A DNA stretch of 64,000 nucleotides from Candidatus Cloacimonadales bacterium (GTDB lineage: Bacteria > Cloacimonadota > Cloacimonadia > Cloacimonadales > JAIOQZ01). This document shows, piece after piece, positions 20,540 through 30,198 of this stretch; position 1 is the stretch's first letter, and each line of letters starts with the position of its first letter. Below the pieces are notes generated by a model. The model was not told where the DNA came from. It saw only the letters and a program-made list of their open reading frames with translations, and searched no databases. The position numbers and the translations under genes are program-made. Where the stretch lies: contig OY762463.1 in NCBI GenBank assembly GCA_963665815.1, positions 1,568,001 to 1,632,000 of the forward strand, given 5' to 3'.

Positions 20540-21316
20540 ATGACACATATAAATTCAATTTCAGGAGATAAATTGAAATATATTGAAACTGAAGCAATTG
20601 TGCTGCACAGAAAGCAATACCGCAATTCAAGCCTTATTGTGTCATTTATGACAAAGGATATCGGTAAGATATCACTTATCATTAAAGGAGCTAATCGGGA
20701 AAAATCAGGAATGATTGGTTTTTTTGATCTTTTGAACATTATTCATTTAAGGTTAAAAGAAAGTTCGGAAAGCACTTACACTTTCATTTCAGCAAATTTC
20801 AGCAATCATTTACTTTGTGAAAGCTCCTATGAGAAAAGCCAGTTTCAAATAGCATCAACAGAATTGATTAGACAGTGGACTATACAAGATTTTGAAAGCT
20901 CAGATTATTTTTCATTAACAAAGAATTACATTGAATCTGTTAAGACATTAAATTATCCATCTGCGGTACTATTTCTGAGGTATATTATCAGAATTCTTAA
21001 ACTAACAGGAGTTCCGATAAACTTGTTTGTAAAGGAACCCTTTCTTGATCGAGGTGATACCTACTTGTTTGATATCAAGAACAATACTTTAATGAAATGC
21101 AGTATAAGTAAATCTAAAGATGCTGATAAAATTGTATTAGCAGAACCTGCTCTTCGCTTGATAAATAAAATCAACAATTTCAAATACGATAACAGCACAT
21201 TCCCAACAGAAAAAAAAGTATATTTTTTGCTTTACAATCTATTAAAAAACTTTATTATTTATCATGAAAATAGTAACTTTAAACTAAAGACAGTTTTAAA
21301 TATATTTAGTTCATAA
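20540..21316 (+). CDS. recO: DNA repair protein RecO
   Basis: ETEAIVLHRKQYRNSSLIVSFMTKDIGKISLIIKGA N-terminal OB-fold pattern; exact start uncertain. Confidence 0.75.
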   Translation: MTHINSISGDKLKYIETEAIVLHRKQYRNSSLIVSFMTKDIGKISLIIKGANREKSGMIGFFDLLNIIHLRLKESSESTYTFISANFSNHLLCESSYEKSQFQIASTELIRQWTIQDFESSDYFSLTKNYIESVKTLNYPSAVLFLRYIIRILKLTGVPINLFVKEPFLDRGDTYLFDIKNNTLMKCSISKSKDADKIVLAEPALRLINKINNFKYDNSTFPTEKKVYFLLYNLLKNFIIYHENSNFKLKTVLNIFSS

Positions 21317-21360
21317 AAAAGCGTTAAAATACCTAATTTTTAGAAGAATGAAAAAAAATA

Positions 21361-21391
21361 TTGACATCTAATTTAATATTAATTAGTTTTG
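21361..21391 (+). promoter_or_regulatory. Putative promoter of the LamG gene
   Basis: TTGACA-N17-TAGTTTTG. Confidence 0.5.
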
Positions 21392-21469
21392 CAATGTTGT
21401 TATATAATGTATTTTTTTTGGATAGATTAAAATATAAAAGAGAAATAAAAGAGAAATTTGGAGGATTTC

Positions 21470-23326
21470 ATGAAAAAATTTATTTTTTTAACTTTCTTTT
21501 TATGCAGTCTTGTACTGGCTTTTGCCCAGACAGGAGGCAATTCAATTGAGTTTGATGATGCAATTGAGCACATCAGAATCCTTGATCAAGATGCCTTCTC
21601 TGGCTATAATTTCAGTGGGGACTTCACAGTTGAATTCTGGCTTAAGCCAAATAACGTAAATGAATATACACATATCGTATCTAAATGGGACTTAAATGGA
21701 AACAGACAATGGGCAGTTGGAAAAGGCGGAAGCGGTATTGCTTTCAAAGTTTCTACAGACGGTACTGACGAACCTACTAACTGGGGGCCATCCGTACTTT
21801 CAGTTGGAACATGGTATCACGTTGCTGCAGTAAGAAGCGGCAGCAGTCTTATCACTTATGTTAATGGAGCACTTCATAGAAGCTATACCGGACCTTCAAG
21901 TATCAATTCATCAGGCACTGCTGATGTTGTCATTGGTGGTTCCCTGAGTAATGATGCAATTCAGGCGGCCAGATCAGTTGCTGACGAAGTAGACGAAGTA
22001 AGAATATGGAATGTTGCTTTATCTCAAGCAACAATTCAGAACTATATGAATCAGACATTAACTGATGGAACTCACCCAAATTCTGCAGACCTTCAAGGAT
22101 ACTGGAAGCTTAATGAAACTTCCGGTTCAACTGCTGCAGATGCCGTTACTACTGTAAATTCAGGAGGAACTGCTCATGATGGTACATTAGTAAATTGTGA
22201 AAATGATGAATGGGGAACAAGCGGTGCAAGAATGTGGTACGACGTTGAATCATTAAAATGGGACGGAGATGCAACTAATTCTGACGTATCCGGCGACCTT
22301 ACAATGACATGTACTAATTTCGTGAATAACGCTGATGATTTTCTCACTATCGGATACGATAATGACAGCTGGTTATATGAAGTATCAGGTGATCTTCCTA
22401 GCGGTGGAATCGAAGGTGACGGTAATGCTGATAAAAGATTAAACAGAATCTGGTCTATCGAAGGTGCAACAGGTAAAGAAGGATCTCTTTCTTTCGACCT
22501 TAACACTATGACAGGTATTACTGGTTTTCTTGGAGAATCTACTGACTTCTTCCTACTTAAGAAAACCACATTAGGTTCTGCATGGACACAAAAAGCAGCT
22601 ACTGTATCCGTAAATGATCAAATAATTACATTCGGTTCAGTTGGAAGCTATGTAGATCTTGCTCCTGGTTACTATACAATCGGCGCAGAAAGCGACGCTA
22701 CACTTCCTGTTGAATTGTCTACATTTAATGTTGCTGTAACAGCTAATAAATTCGTAAACGTTACCTGGGCTACTCAATCTGAAACAGATATGAATATCTT
22801 CAGAGTATTAAGAAACAATACAACTGATCCTTCAACTGCAATAGTTGTTGGTCAAAGACAAGCATCAAATACATCAGTTTATACTGAGTACCAAATTGAA
22901 GATGAAGATGTTGAAGAAGGAAAAACATACTACTACTGGATTGAATCTATTGATCATGCAAACCAGTCATCACTTTCTAATGTTCAGTCAATTACTATAA
23001 GAATTCAGAAAGATCCGGAAGATGAATTTGTTCCTGAAATTCCTAAAAAATATGGTATGACTAACTACCCTAATCCTTTCAATCCTGAAACAACTATCGT
23101 ATTCAATCTTAAAGAAGACGTTCAAAATGCAGAACTCGAAATCTACAACATTCTTGGTCAAAAAATTCAGACTATTCATGTAGGTCACATTTCTGCTGAG
23201 TCTAATGAAGGAACTCGATGGAATGGTAAAGATATGAATGGAACAGATGTTTCATCAGGTATCTATTTCTTCAAACTTAATACTGGATCAAAAACATATA
23301 TCCGTAAAGGTACATTACTTAAATAA
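21470..23326 (+). CDS. Secreted LamG-like jellyroll protein with FlgD-Ig/T9SS-like CTD
   Basis: Signal peptide; FTVEFW, WYHVA, YVNG, DEVRIWN, GYWKLNE; TLPVELSTF; NYPNPFNPETTI...SGIYF...LLK. Confidence 0.85.
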   Translation: MKKFIFLTFFLCSLVLAFAQTGGNSIEFDDAIEHIRILDQDAFSGYNFSGDFTVEFWLKPNNVNEYTHIVSKWDLNGNRQWAVGKGGSGIAFKVSTDGTDEPTNWGPSVLSVGTWYHVAAVRSGSSLITYVNGALHRSYTGPSSINSSGTADVVIGGSLSNDAIQAARSVADEVDEVRIWNVALSQATIQNYMNQTLTDGTHPNSADLQGYWKLNETSGSTAADAVTTVNSGGTAHDGTLVNCENDEWGTSGARMWYDVESLKWDGDATNSDVSGDLTMTCTNFVNNADDFLTIGYDNDSWLYEVSGDLPSGGIEGDGNADKRLNRIWSIEGATGKEGSLSFDLNTMTGITGFLGESTDFFLLKKTTLGSAWTQKAATVSVNDQIITFGSVGSYVDLAPGYYTIGAESDATLPVELSTFNVAVTANKFVNVTWATQSETDMNIFRVLRNNTTDPSTAIVVGQRQASNTSVYTEYQIEDEDVEEGKTYYYWIESIDHANQSSLSNVQSITIRIQKDPEDEFVPEIPKKYGMTNYPNPFNPETTIVFNLKEDVQNAELEIYNILGQKIQTIHVGHISAESNEGTRWNGKDMNGTDVSSGIYFFKLNTGSKTYIRKGTLLK

Positions 23327-23347
23327 GTACTGCACGGTTTGATATTC

Positions 23348-23376
23348 AGGGAGCTGTTTTCAGCTCCCTTTTTTTT
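23348..23376 (+). terminator. Intrinsic terminator
   Basis: AGGGAGCTG-TTTT-CAGCTCCCT followed by a T-run. Confidence 0.9.
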
Positions 23377-23468
23377 GTGTTTTTTTCTTACTCGCTACAA
23401 AGTACTTGACACTATACTAACTTTTGATGTTTGGTTTTTTGAAATTATAAATGAAAATGAGGTAACCT

Positions 23469-24374
23469 TTGTTAGTTCAAAAATACTTTGATACCAGAAA
23501 AGATTTTTTAGATAAGCATCTGAAATCATATCTTAAGCAACCTGATAAAAAAGAATTCCCTTCTCTAAAAGATAAGACTCTTTATGAAGCTATGAATTAT
23601 TCAGTTTTCAGTGGAGGGAAACGACTTCGACCTATCCTGTTGTTTTCCACATACGAAATGCTCAAGGGGAGAAAAAATATTAATTCACTTCTACCTATTA
23701 TACCTTGTGCATGTGCTCTGGAAATGATTCATTCAGCATCTCTTATTCATGATGACTTACCATGTGTTGATGATTCAGATGAAAGAAGAGGAAAACCCAG
23801 CGTTCATAAAAAATTTAATAATGCTACTGCTATCCTGGCAGGGGATGCACTAATTACTAAAGCATTCGAGTGTCTGACTGATATTAAGGACCAGGAAAAA
23901 GCATTGAGATGTGTTAACACGCTTTCCAGAGCTCTATCTACAAGAGGTATGATTGGCGGACAAGCAGTCGATATCATTTCTACTCGTAAAAGAATACGTG
24001 TAAACGTTCTGAAATATATTCACCTTAAAAAAACAGGAGCTCTTCTTCAGGCATCAATGGACATGGCATGTATAATGTTTGACGCTGAAGAAAACATCGC
24101 AATTACTCTTGGAAACTATGCACTCAATATTGGGCTTGCATATCAGATTATTGATGACATTCTTGATGATGTTGGAGCTTTCGACTTTCTGGGGAAAGAA
24201 CCTTACGAAGATCATAAAAACAGGAAAACAACATATCCTGCACTTATTGGACTTGAAAAATCAAAGAAAACTGCTGAAAAATTACTTAATGATTCATATA
24301 AGTTAATCAAAAGTATGAAGAATAATGAAATACTCGTTGAAGTAATAAATATGGTGAAGGATCGTCTTCCATAG
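23469..24374 (+). CDS. Short-chain polyprenyl diphosphate synthase (IspA/GGPP synthase-like)
   Basis: GGKRLRP, HSASLIHDDLPCVDDSDERRG, GGQAVD, KTGAL, YQIIDDILD; TTG start with GAGG RBS. Confidence 0.9.
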   Translation: MLVQKYFDTRKDFLDKHLKSYLKQPDKKEFPSLKDKTLYEAMNYSVFSGGKRLRPILLFSTYEMLKGRKNINSLLPIIPCACALEMIHSASLIHDDLPCVDDSDERRGKPSVHKKFNNATAILAGDALITKAFECLTDIKDQEKALRCVNTLSRALSTRGMIGGQAVDIISTRKRIRVNVLKYIHLKKTGALLQASMDMACIMFDAEENIAITLGNYALNIGLAYQIIDDILDDVGAFDFLGKEPYEDHKNRKTTYPALIGLEKSKKTAEKLLNDSYKLIKSMKNNEILVEVINMVKDRLP

Positions 24375-25204
24375 TGAAAATCAAGTATTTCATATCTCTG
24401 ACAAGACCTAAAAACCTGATTTTCATCATACTGACAGTATTATTCGGCATATACTATAATAATACATATATTTTCCACTTAAGAAGCATTGCTGCAATCC
24501 TGTCCACAGTATTAATTGCCGGAGCAGGTTATGCAGTAAATGATTTCTTTGACATTCGAGCAGATATTATTAACCGTCCGGATCGAGTTCTCCCATCCGG
24601 TAAACTATCTCCTAAAGCTGCATATATTTTCTCTGTAGCTCTTTTTGTTGCCGGTATTAACATTTCGGTTTTCACTTTTAAGTGGTTGATGTTCATTCTT
24701 GCTTTTGTGAACTCACTTCTGCTCTTCTATTATGCCAGGAATCTTAAAAAAGATTTTCTGACCGGTAATATTCTCGTAGCTTATACATCAGCATCAACAT
24801 TTATTTACGGAGCATTGCTCTCAAATAATCTCAATAACTGTATCTGGATCATTCTTTATGCATTCCTCCTGACCCTGTTGCGTGAGATCGTGAAAGATAT
24901 GGAAGATATAACAGGTGATTCAGCTATTGATGCTAATACTTTACCTCTTCATCTCGGAGTAAAAAAGACCAGTTTTATTGTGTTAATCCTGAGTATTGTT
25001 CCGATGTTAATCAACATCTATTCATACACCTCCCATTACGTTTCGTTTAAGTACTTTATTGTAACAATGTTCTGCGTCTTTATTCCGATTATCTCCCTTT
25101 CTATTTATCTCTTAAAAAGTACTGATGCAAAAAGATTTACTAGTGCATCTGCAATTCTCAAAATACTGATGCTTATTGTTTTAGTCCTTACACTTTTTCT
25201 ATAA
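24374..25204 (+). CDS. UbiA-family prenyltransferase, DGGGP synthase-like
   Basis: LTRPKN start, NDFFDIRADIINRPDRVLPSG, REIVKDMEDITGD..ANTLP; multiple TM helices; GTG overlaps the upstream stop. Confidence 0.78.
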   Translation: MKIKYFISLTRPKNLIFIILTVLFGIYYNNTYIFHLRSIAAILSTVLIAGAGYAVNDFFDIRADIINRPDRVLPSGKLSPKAAYIFSVALFVAGINISVFTFKWLMFILAFVNSLLLFYYARNLKKDFLTGNILVAYTSASTFIYGALLSNNLNNCIWIILYAFLLTLLREIVKDMEDITGDSAIDANTLPLHLGVKKTSFIVLILSIVPMLINIYSYTSHYVSFKYFIVTMFCVFIPIISLSIYLLKSTDAKRFTSASAILKILMLIVLVLTLFL

Positions 25205-25312
25205 TACTGTTTTTTGAAAATAATTTGCCTTTATACTAACATTTTTCTTGAAAAATATGCTATGTTCTTTTTTTCTTGTCCAAAATGAAATATGATTATA
25301 AGGAATTGATTT

Positions 25313-26323
25313 ATGAATAAATTAGGAGCAATAATTCTGGCAGCCGGTAAAGGTACCAGAATGAAGTCCAATAAACCTAAAGTTCTTTTTGAAATTGCCG
25401 GTAAATCTCTGGTTCAACATGTTATTGATGCCGGATGTGCAGCCGGATGTACGGATATTACTGCAATTGTCGGCTATAAAAAAGAAGAAGTAAAAGAATC
25501 TCTATCTGCGAATGAGAACATACTATATGCAGATCAGGATGAGCAGCTTGGAACCGGGCATGCTGTAATGATGGCCAGAGATAATTTTGTTGACTACGAT
25601 GGGGACGTGTATGTACTTTGCGGTGATGTTCCTCTACTTACTTCCGAAACTTTAAAAAAAATGTACGCTTACCATAAAGAAACATCTGCATCCTGCACCG
25701 TTCTTACAGCAGTTATGGAAGATCCTGCCCGTTATGGAAGAATTGTAAGAGATGACTCAGGTAACATCAGTAAAATTGTAGAATTCAAGGATGCCAGTAA
25801 CGAGCAAAGAGATATAAAAGAAATAAATACAGGTATATACATCTATAATTGCAAAGACCTATTCAATTCTCTGAGTAAAATAAATAATAAAAATGCTCAG
25901 GGCGAATATTATCTCACAGATACACTTGAGTTACTCAATGCTGAAAACAAGACAGTATCAGGAATTGTTCTGGATAATGTAATAGAAGCATCAGGTATAA
26001 ATTCACAGAAACAGTTAAGTGAGCTCGAAGTATCATACTATAGAAGCATCAAAGACAAATGGATGGAATCGGGTGTATATATTGAGAACCCTGATACTGT
26101 CATCATCGGTCCGGATGTTGAAATACAAAATGACGTTGTAATAAGAGCGAATACAATAGTTAAAGGCAAATCCGTAATCGAATCAAATACTGAAATTGGA
26201 CCGTTCTCGTTTCTGAAAGATGCTGTTATCAAAAGTCAAACCATCCTGAATGGTTATAATGTAATAATCAGCAGATCAATTGACGCTAATTCCAGAATGC
26301 GAATTATGGAGTCATTATATTAG
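25313..26323 (+). CDS. glmU: GlmU-like uridyltransferase with a shortened left-handed beta-helix
   Basis: ILAAGKGTRMKS..PKVL, QLGTGHA, GDVPL, YGRIVR, EINTG, EYYLTD; only 336 aa. Confidence 0.8.
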   Translation: MNKLGAIILAAGKGTRMKSNKPKVLFEIAGKSLVQHVIDAGCAAGCTDITAIVGYKKEEVKESLSANENILYADQDEQLGTGHAVMMARDNFVDYDGDVYVLCGDVPLLTSETLKKMYAYHKETSASCTVLTAVMEDPARYGRIVRDDSGNISKIVEFKDASNEQRDIKEINTGIYIYNCKDLFNSLSKINNKNAQGEYYLTDTLELLNAENKTVSGIVLDNVIEASGINSQKQLSELEVSYYRSIKDKWMESGVYIENPDTVIIGPDVEIQNDVVIRANTIVKGKSVIESNTEIGPFSFLKDAVIKSQTILNGYNVIISRSIDANSRMRIMESLY

Positions 26324-26332
26324 CAGGTATAT

Positions 26333-26815
26333 ATGAATAATGTATTATACTCACCATGGAGATTACAATATATATTATCAGAGAAAGAAAAAAAATGTGT
26401 TTTCTGTATAGATGATAATGATGATAAACACTATATTGTATACAGATCAAAGAGCTGCTTTGTAATTCTGAATCTCTTTCCTTATAATAATGGTCATATA
26501 ATGGTCATTCCGAACAGACACTTATCTGAATTGTCGCAGCTATCTGCCGAAGAGCTTCATGATTTATTTGAAACAGTTCAGAAGAGCGAGAAAGTTCTGA
26601 AGGAAGTTTATCAATGCGAAGGAATAAATGTTGGAATCAATCTTGGCAAGGCAGCAGGAGCAGGCGTGGATGAACACCTGCATGTACACCTTGTACCACG
26701 ATGGTCTGGAGATTGTAATTTCATGACTGCTGTTGGTGGAACAAGAGTTATACCGGAAAGTATGAAAAGAACTTACCAAAGAATCAAGGAACAGTTTGAC
26801 AATCTATATGGATAA
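26333..26815 (+). CDS. HIT family protein (Ap4A phosphorylase/hydrolase-like)
   Basis: LYSPWR, CVFC, NLFPYNNGH, GINLGKAAGAG, HLHVHLVPRW. Confidence 0.9.
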   Translation: MNNVLYSPWRLQYILSEKEKKCVFCIDDNDDKHYIVYRSKSCFVILNLFPYNNGHIMVIPNRHLSELSQLSAEELHDLFETVQKSEKVLKEVYQCEGINVGINLGKAAGAGVDEHLHVHLVPRWSGDCNFMTAVGGTRVIPESMKRTYQRIKEQFDNLYG

Positions 26816-27203
26816 AAAAATCTTGTTTCCAAGTTTTTCAATAATTCTTATACTGGGTATACTGTTTGTAAATTCAGGATGTAAAAAGGAAAAACAAGAG
26901 ATTAACGAAGAAAATTTCCCGGCTATCAGAGTAATTCTTTTAAATGGGTGTGGTTATAAAGGTATTGCTCAGAAAGTTCGGAAAAAAATACTTAGAAAAA
27001 ATATAGATGTTATTTCTTATGGTAATGCTGAGAAGTTTGTTCACAAACGAACTCTTATTGTTGTCAGACAAAATGATGCTGAAGATCTGGAAAGATTAAA
27101 AAGAATGACAGGCATAGAATATGTTGTTTACGCCTGTAAACCAGATACTGATGCACCTTTTGAGATCATACTTGGGAATGACTTTGAACAGTTTTTTAAC
27201 TAA
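26808..27203 (+). CDS. LytR C-terminal domain protein, probable lipoprotein
   Basis: VILLNGCGYKGIA, GNA, IILGND; typical position upstream of rsfS. Confidence 0.75.
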   Translation: MDKKILFPSFSIILILGILFVNSGCKKEKQEINEENFPAIRVILLNGCGYKGIAQKVRKKILRKNIDVISYGNAEKFVHKRTLIVVRQNDAEDLERLKRMTGIEYVVYACKPDTDAPFEIILGNDFEQFFN

Positions 27204-27219
27204 AAGAAGGTAAAAATAT

Positions 27220-27585
27220 ATGTTAGATCAAGAAAAATTAAAAGAATTGATAGTAGAATGGCTTACACTTAAAAAAGCCTATAATATTGATGTGATAGAT
27301 GTTGCACAAAAATCTTCATTTGCAGATTACCTTATCATCTGTTCCGGTTCCGGAGAGCCACATCTTAAAGCTATTGCAGAGGATGTTCTCGAAAAATCCA
27401 GAGAACACTCTGTTCATCTTCTCGGAAAAGAAGGCGTCGGGAGCAACACATGGATATTAATTGATTTTGGAACTATCATTCTACATATCTTTGATGAAAA
27501 AACAAGAGAAAAATTCAACCTTGAAGATCTGTGGAAACACAAAAAAATTATTGATATTGAAGAGAATAATTATGATCAAGAATAG
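27220..27585 (+). CDS. rsfS: Ribosome silencing factor
   Basis: KKAYNI, ADYLIICSG, WILIDFG..ILHIF...R..FNLEDLW. Confidence 0.92.
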   Translation: MLDQEKLKELIVEWLTLKKAYNIDVIDVAQKSSFADYLIICSGSGEPHLKAIAEDVLEKSREHSVHLLGKEGVGSNTWILIDFGTIILHIFDEKTREKFNLEDLWKHKKIIDIEENNYDQE

Positions 27586-29224
27586 AATTTTTAAAGATAT
27601 AAAATTCGCTTTTGAAGACTTGAAGCTCGAACTGAATGAGAACTTCACAGTTGAAATACCTAATAGTGTTAATCATGGGGATTTTTCAACTAATGCCTGC
27701 CTTATAAGTGCTAAACCTAATAAAATGTCACCTAAAATTATTGCTGAAAAAGTAATAGAACTACTCAAAACCAAAAAAATGTACAGAGAAATTGAAATTG
27801 CAGGTCCGGGCTTTATAAACTTCCATATTAAGCCTTCGCATTTCAAGAAGATACTCGTGAGTGTTAACGAAGAAGGTGATGATTACGGTCGTACAACATA
27901 TGGTAAAGAAGCAAAGATTCTCATTGAATTTATCAGTGCAAATCCTACAGGTCCATTAAACATTGTAAGTGCCAGAGCTGCAGCTTACGGTGATTCCCTG
28001 TACAGAATAATGAGTTTTGCAGGATTCAGACCTATAAGGGAATTCTATATTAATGATGCAGGTAATCAGGTAGATATTCTTGCAGAATCCGTTGAGCTGC
28101 GTTATCGCGAACTGCACAACGAGGATATTGGTGAATTCCCGGTGGAAGCATATCACGGAGAGTATATCATTGATCTTGCGGCTCTTCTTAACACAACCGA
28201 GGGATCAAAACTGCTTCACATCTCAGAAAGAGACAGACTTACTAAAATGAAAGAATTTGCTTTGGCAGAAATTCATAATATGCAGGTGGAAAGCCTTGAG
28301 AAATTTGATGTGCAATTCGACAACTGGGTTTCAGAAAAATCTCTTCGAGCACAAGGCGTTGTTGAAGAAGTATTGAGTTTCCTTGCAGAAGCAGACTGTA
28401 CTTTCGAAATGGAAGAGGCAATCTGGTTTAATTCCACAAAATTTGGTGATGATAAAAACCGTGTGCTGATGAAGGCAGATGGAACTATTACATATATTGT
28501 TCCTGACCTTGCCTATCACCTGACAAAACTTCAGCGTGGTAACGATGTACTTATAGACGTTCTCGGTCCGGATCACCACGGATATGTACCTCGACTCAGA
28601 GCAGGTATTCAAGCTCTCGGTTATGATGATTCCTGTCTGGAAGTAATTTTCCTCCAACAGGTTAATCTTTTTGATCAGGGAGAAAAGGTTAAAATGTCCA
28701 AAAGACTTGGCAAAATGGTTACAATGGATGACCTTATTGACGAAGTTGGTAAGGATGCGGCACGTTTCTTCTTTATTAACAGAAAACCGAGTGCTCATCT
28801 CAATTTTGATCTTGAACTGGCAAAGAAAAAAACCTCAGAAAACCCTGTTTTCTATTGTCAATATGCTCATGCCCGTATTTGCAGTATCATTAAAAAAGCA
28901 GAAAAAGATAAACTTAAACTTGCTAATTTCGATGAAAAGTATCTCAAAAAGCTCAACAAAGATGATGAAATGCTTATCATGCGTAAACTTGGGGACTTCC
29001 AACATGTTCTTTGTGGAATAGCTGATAGTCGTGAACCTCACAGACTTGCAGAATATCTTATTGAACTTGCCGGTATGTTCCACAAGTATTATCAAAAATA
29101 TACTATATCCAATAAAAGATACAAAGAGCTGTCAATTGCTCGACTTTATCTTATAAATGCTGTAAGGATAGTACTCAAGAATGGACTGAATCTGATTGGA
29201 GTAAGTGCTCCTACATCAATGTAA
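27572..29224 (+). CDS. argS: Arginine--tRNA ligase
   Basis: HGDFSTN, AGPGFINF, EFISANPTGPL, YINDAGNQ, GPDHHGY, KMSKR, YCQYAHAR, GVSAPTSM C-terminus. Confidence 0.96.
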   Translation: MIKNRIFKDIKFAFEDLKLELNENFTVEIPNSVNHGDFSTNACLISAKPNKMSPKIIAEKVIELLKTKKMYREIEIAGPGFINFHIKPSHFKKILVSVNEEGDDYGRTTYGKEAKILIEFISANPTGPLNIVSARAAAYGDSLYRIMSFAGFRPIREFYINDAGNQVDILAESVELRYRELHNEDIGEFPVEAYHGEYIIDLAALLNTTEGSKLLHISERDRLTKMKEFALAEIHNMQVESLEKFDVQFDNWVSEKSLRAQGVVEEVLSFLAEADCTFEMEEAIWFNSTKFGDDKNRVLMKADGTITYIVPDLAYHLTKLQRGNDVLIDVLGPDHHGYVPRLRAGIQALGYDDSCLEVIFLQQVNLFDQGEKVKMSKRLGKMVTMDDLIDEVGKDAARFFFINRKPSAHLNFDLELAKKKTSENPVFYCQYAHARICSIIKKAEKDKLKLANFDEKYLKKLNKDDEMLIMRKLGDFQHVLCGIADSREPHRLAEYLIELAGMFHKYYQKYTISNKRYKELSIARLYLINAVRIVLKNGLNLIGVSAPTSM

Positions 29225-29225
29225 A

Positions 29226-29729
29226 ATGAAAATCATTGTAATCTCAGACACTCATGGAAACCAGAAGTTTCTCAGAAAAGCTTTAAAAAACGAAAACACC
29301 TTCAATTATGTCTTTCACCTCGGTGATAATTTCGATGATATCGATTTTAATGAGGACGTAATTGGAGGTGCTGAAGTTTTAAGAGTACCTGGAATATTCC
29401 ATCCCGGCTATCTTGACAGATCAATTCCCGCAACTCAGACAATTTCCATCAATAAAACATCTTTTCTTTTGATACATAACATTAACGACCTTAACAAAAT
29501 TGATTCTGACGTAAAAGTTGTATTTTACGGTCATACACATAAACCTGCAATAGAATCTTCCGGCGGTGTACACTTTGCTAACCCCGGTCATTTGAAGCAG
29601 GATCATCACAGAGGCAGTGATGCTTCCTATCTTGTTGTTTCGATTGAGGGCAAAGAGATAACATTCTGCTTCAAAAATTTGAACGGATCTACCTGGAGAA
29701 AAGAAAGGATTATTATTGATCATGAATGA
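29226..29729 (+). CDS. YfcE-like metallophosphoesterase
   Basis: ISDTHG, HLGD, YGHTH, NPG. Confidence 0.85.
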   Translation: MKIIVISDTHGNQKFLRKALKNENTFNYVFHLGDNFDDIDFNEDVIGGAEVLRVPGIFHPGYLDRSIPATQTISINKTSFLLIHNINDLNKIDSDVKVVFYGHTHKPAIESSGGVHFANPGHLKQDHHRGSDASYLVVSIEGKEITFCFKNLNGSTWRKERIIIDHE

Positions 29730-30177
29730 TAATCCTGATACTTCTGTAATTCAAACTGCCATCTTACTCGTCCTGATAGGACTTATCTTATATCTGGTAT
29801 TCGGCAGAAAACGATTCAATCGAAGCCATCGCAGTCTGAGAATTTCATTTCATCCGGAATTATGGTTTTATTCCAAATGTATCGATATTGAGCTGGAAAC
29901 AGTTAAACCTACATCGGAAAACCTTAAAAAATATTTTGAAGAATATATGATGCACAAATACAAATTAAGCAAGAGAAAAAATATACTGGAGCAAGTAAAA
30001 GAGGTAGAAAAAAATTCTGACTTTGTAGATTACTACGAAAAAATGATGGATGATATAATTTCTTTGAAACATAAAGACAAATCAGAAGTTATACAGTATG
30101 TAAAATTCATTAAGAAAGAATACAATATAAAAGGTGCATCGGACTTGTCAGCAGCAGAAGACTGCAATAACTGCTGA
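29722..30177 (+). CDS. Hypothetical protein with an N-terminal TM helix
   Basis: ORF fills the gap before moxR; one hydrophobic segment. Confidence 0.6.
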   Translation: MNDNPDTSVIQTAILLVLIGLILYLVFGRKRFNRSHRSLRISFHPELWFYSKCIDIELETVKPTSENLKKYFEEYMMHKYKLSKRKNILEQVKEVEKNSDFVDYYEKMMDDIISLKHKDKSEVIQYVKFIKKEYNIKGASDLSAAEDCNNC

Positions 30178-30198
30178 TGCCTGATAATCGGAGGATAA

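Noticed and set aside
30160-30198. Possible selenocysteine read-through: ORF ends CNNC-TGA-TGC and stays open to a TAA
   Set aside because: Only 6 more codons, running over the moxR RBS; no recognisable SECIS or selenoprotein family.
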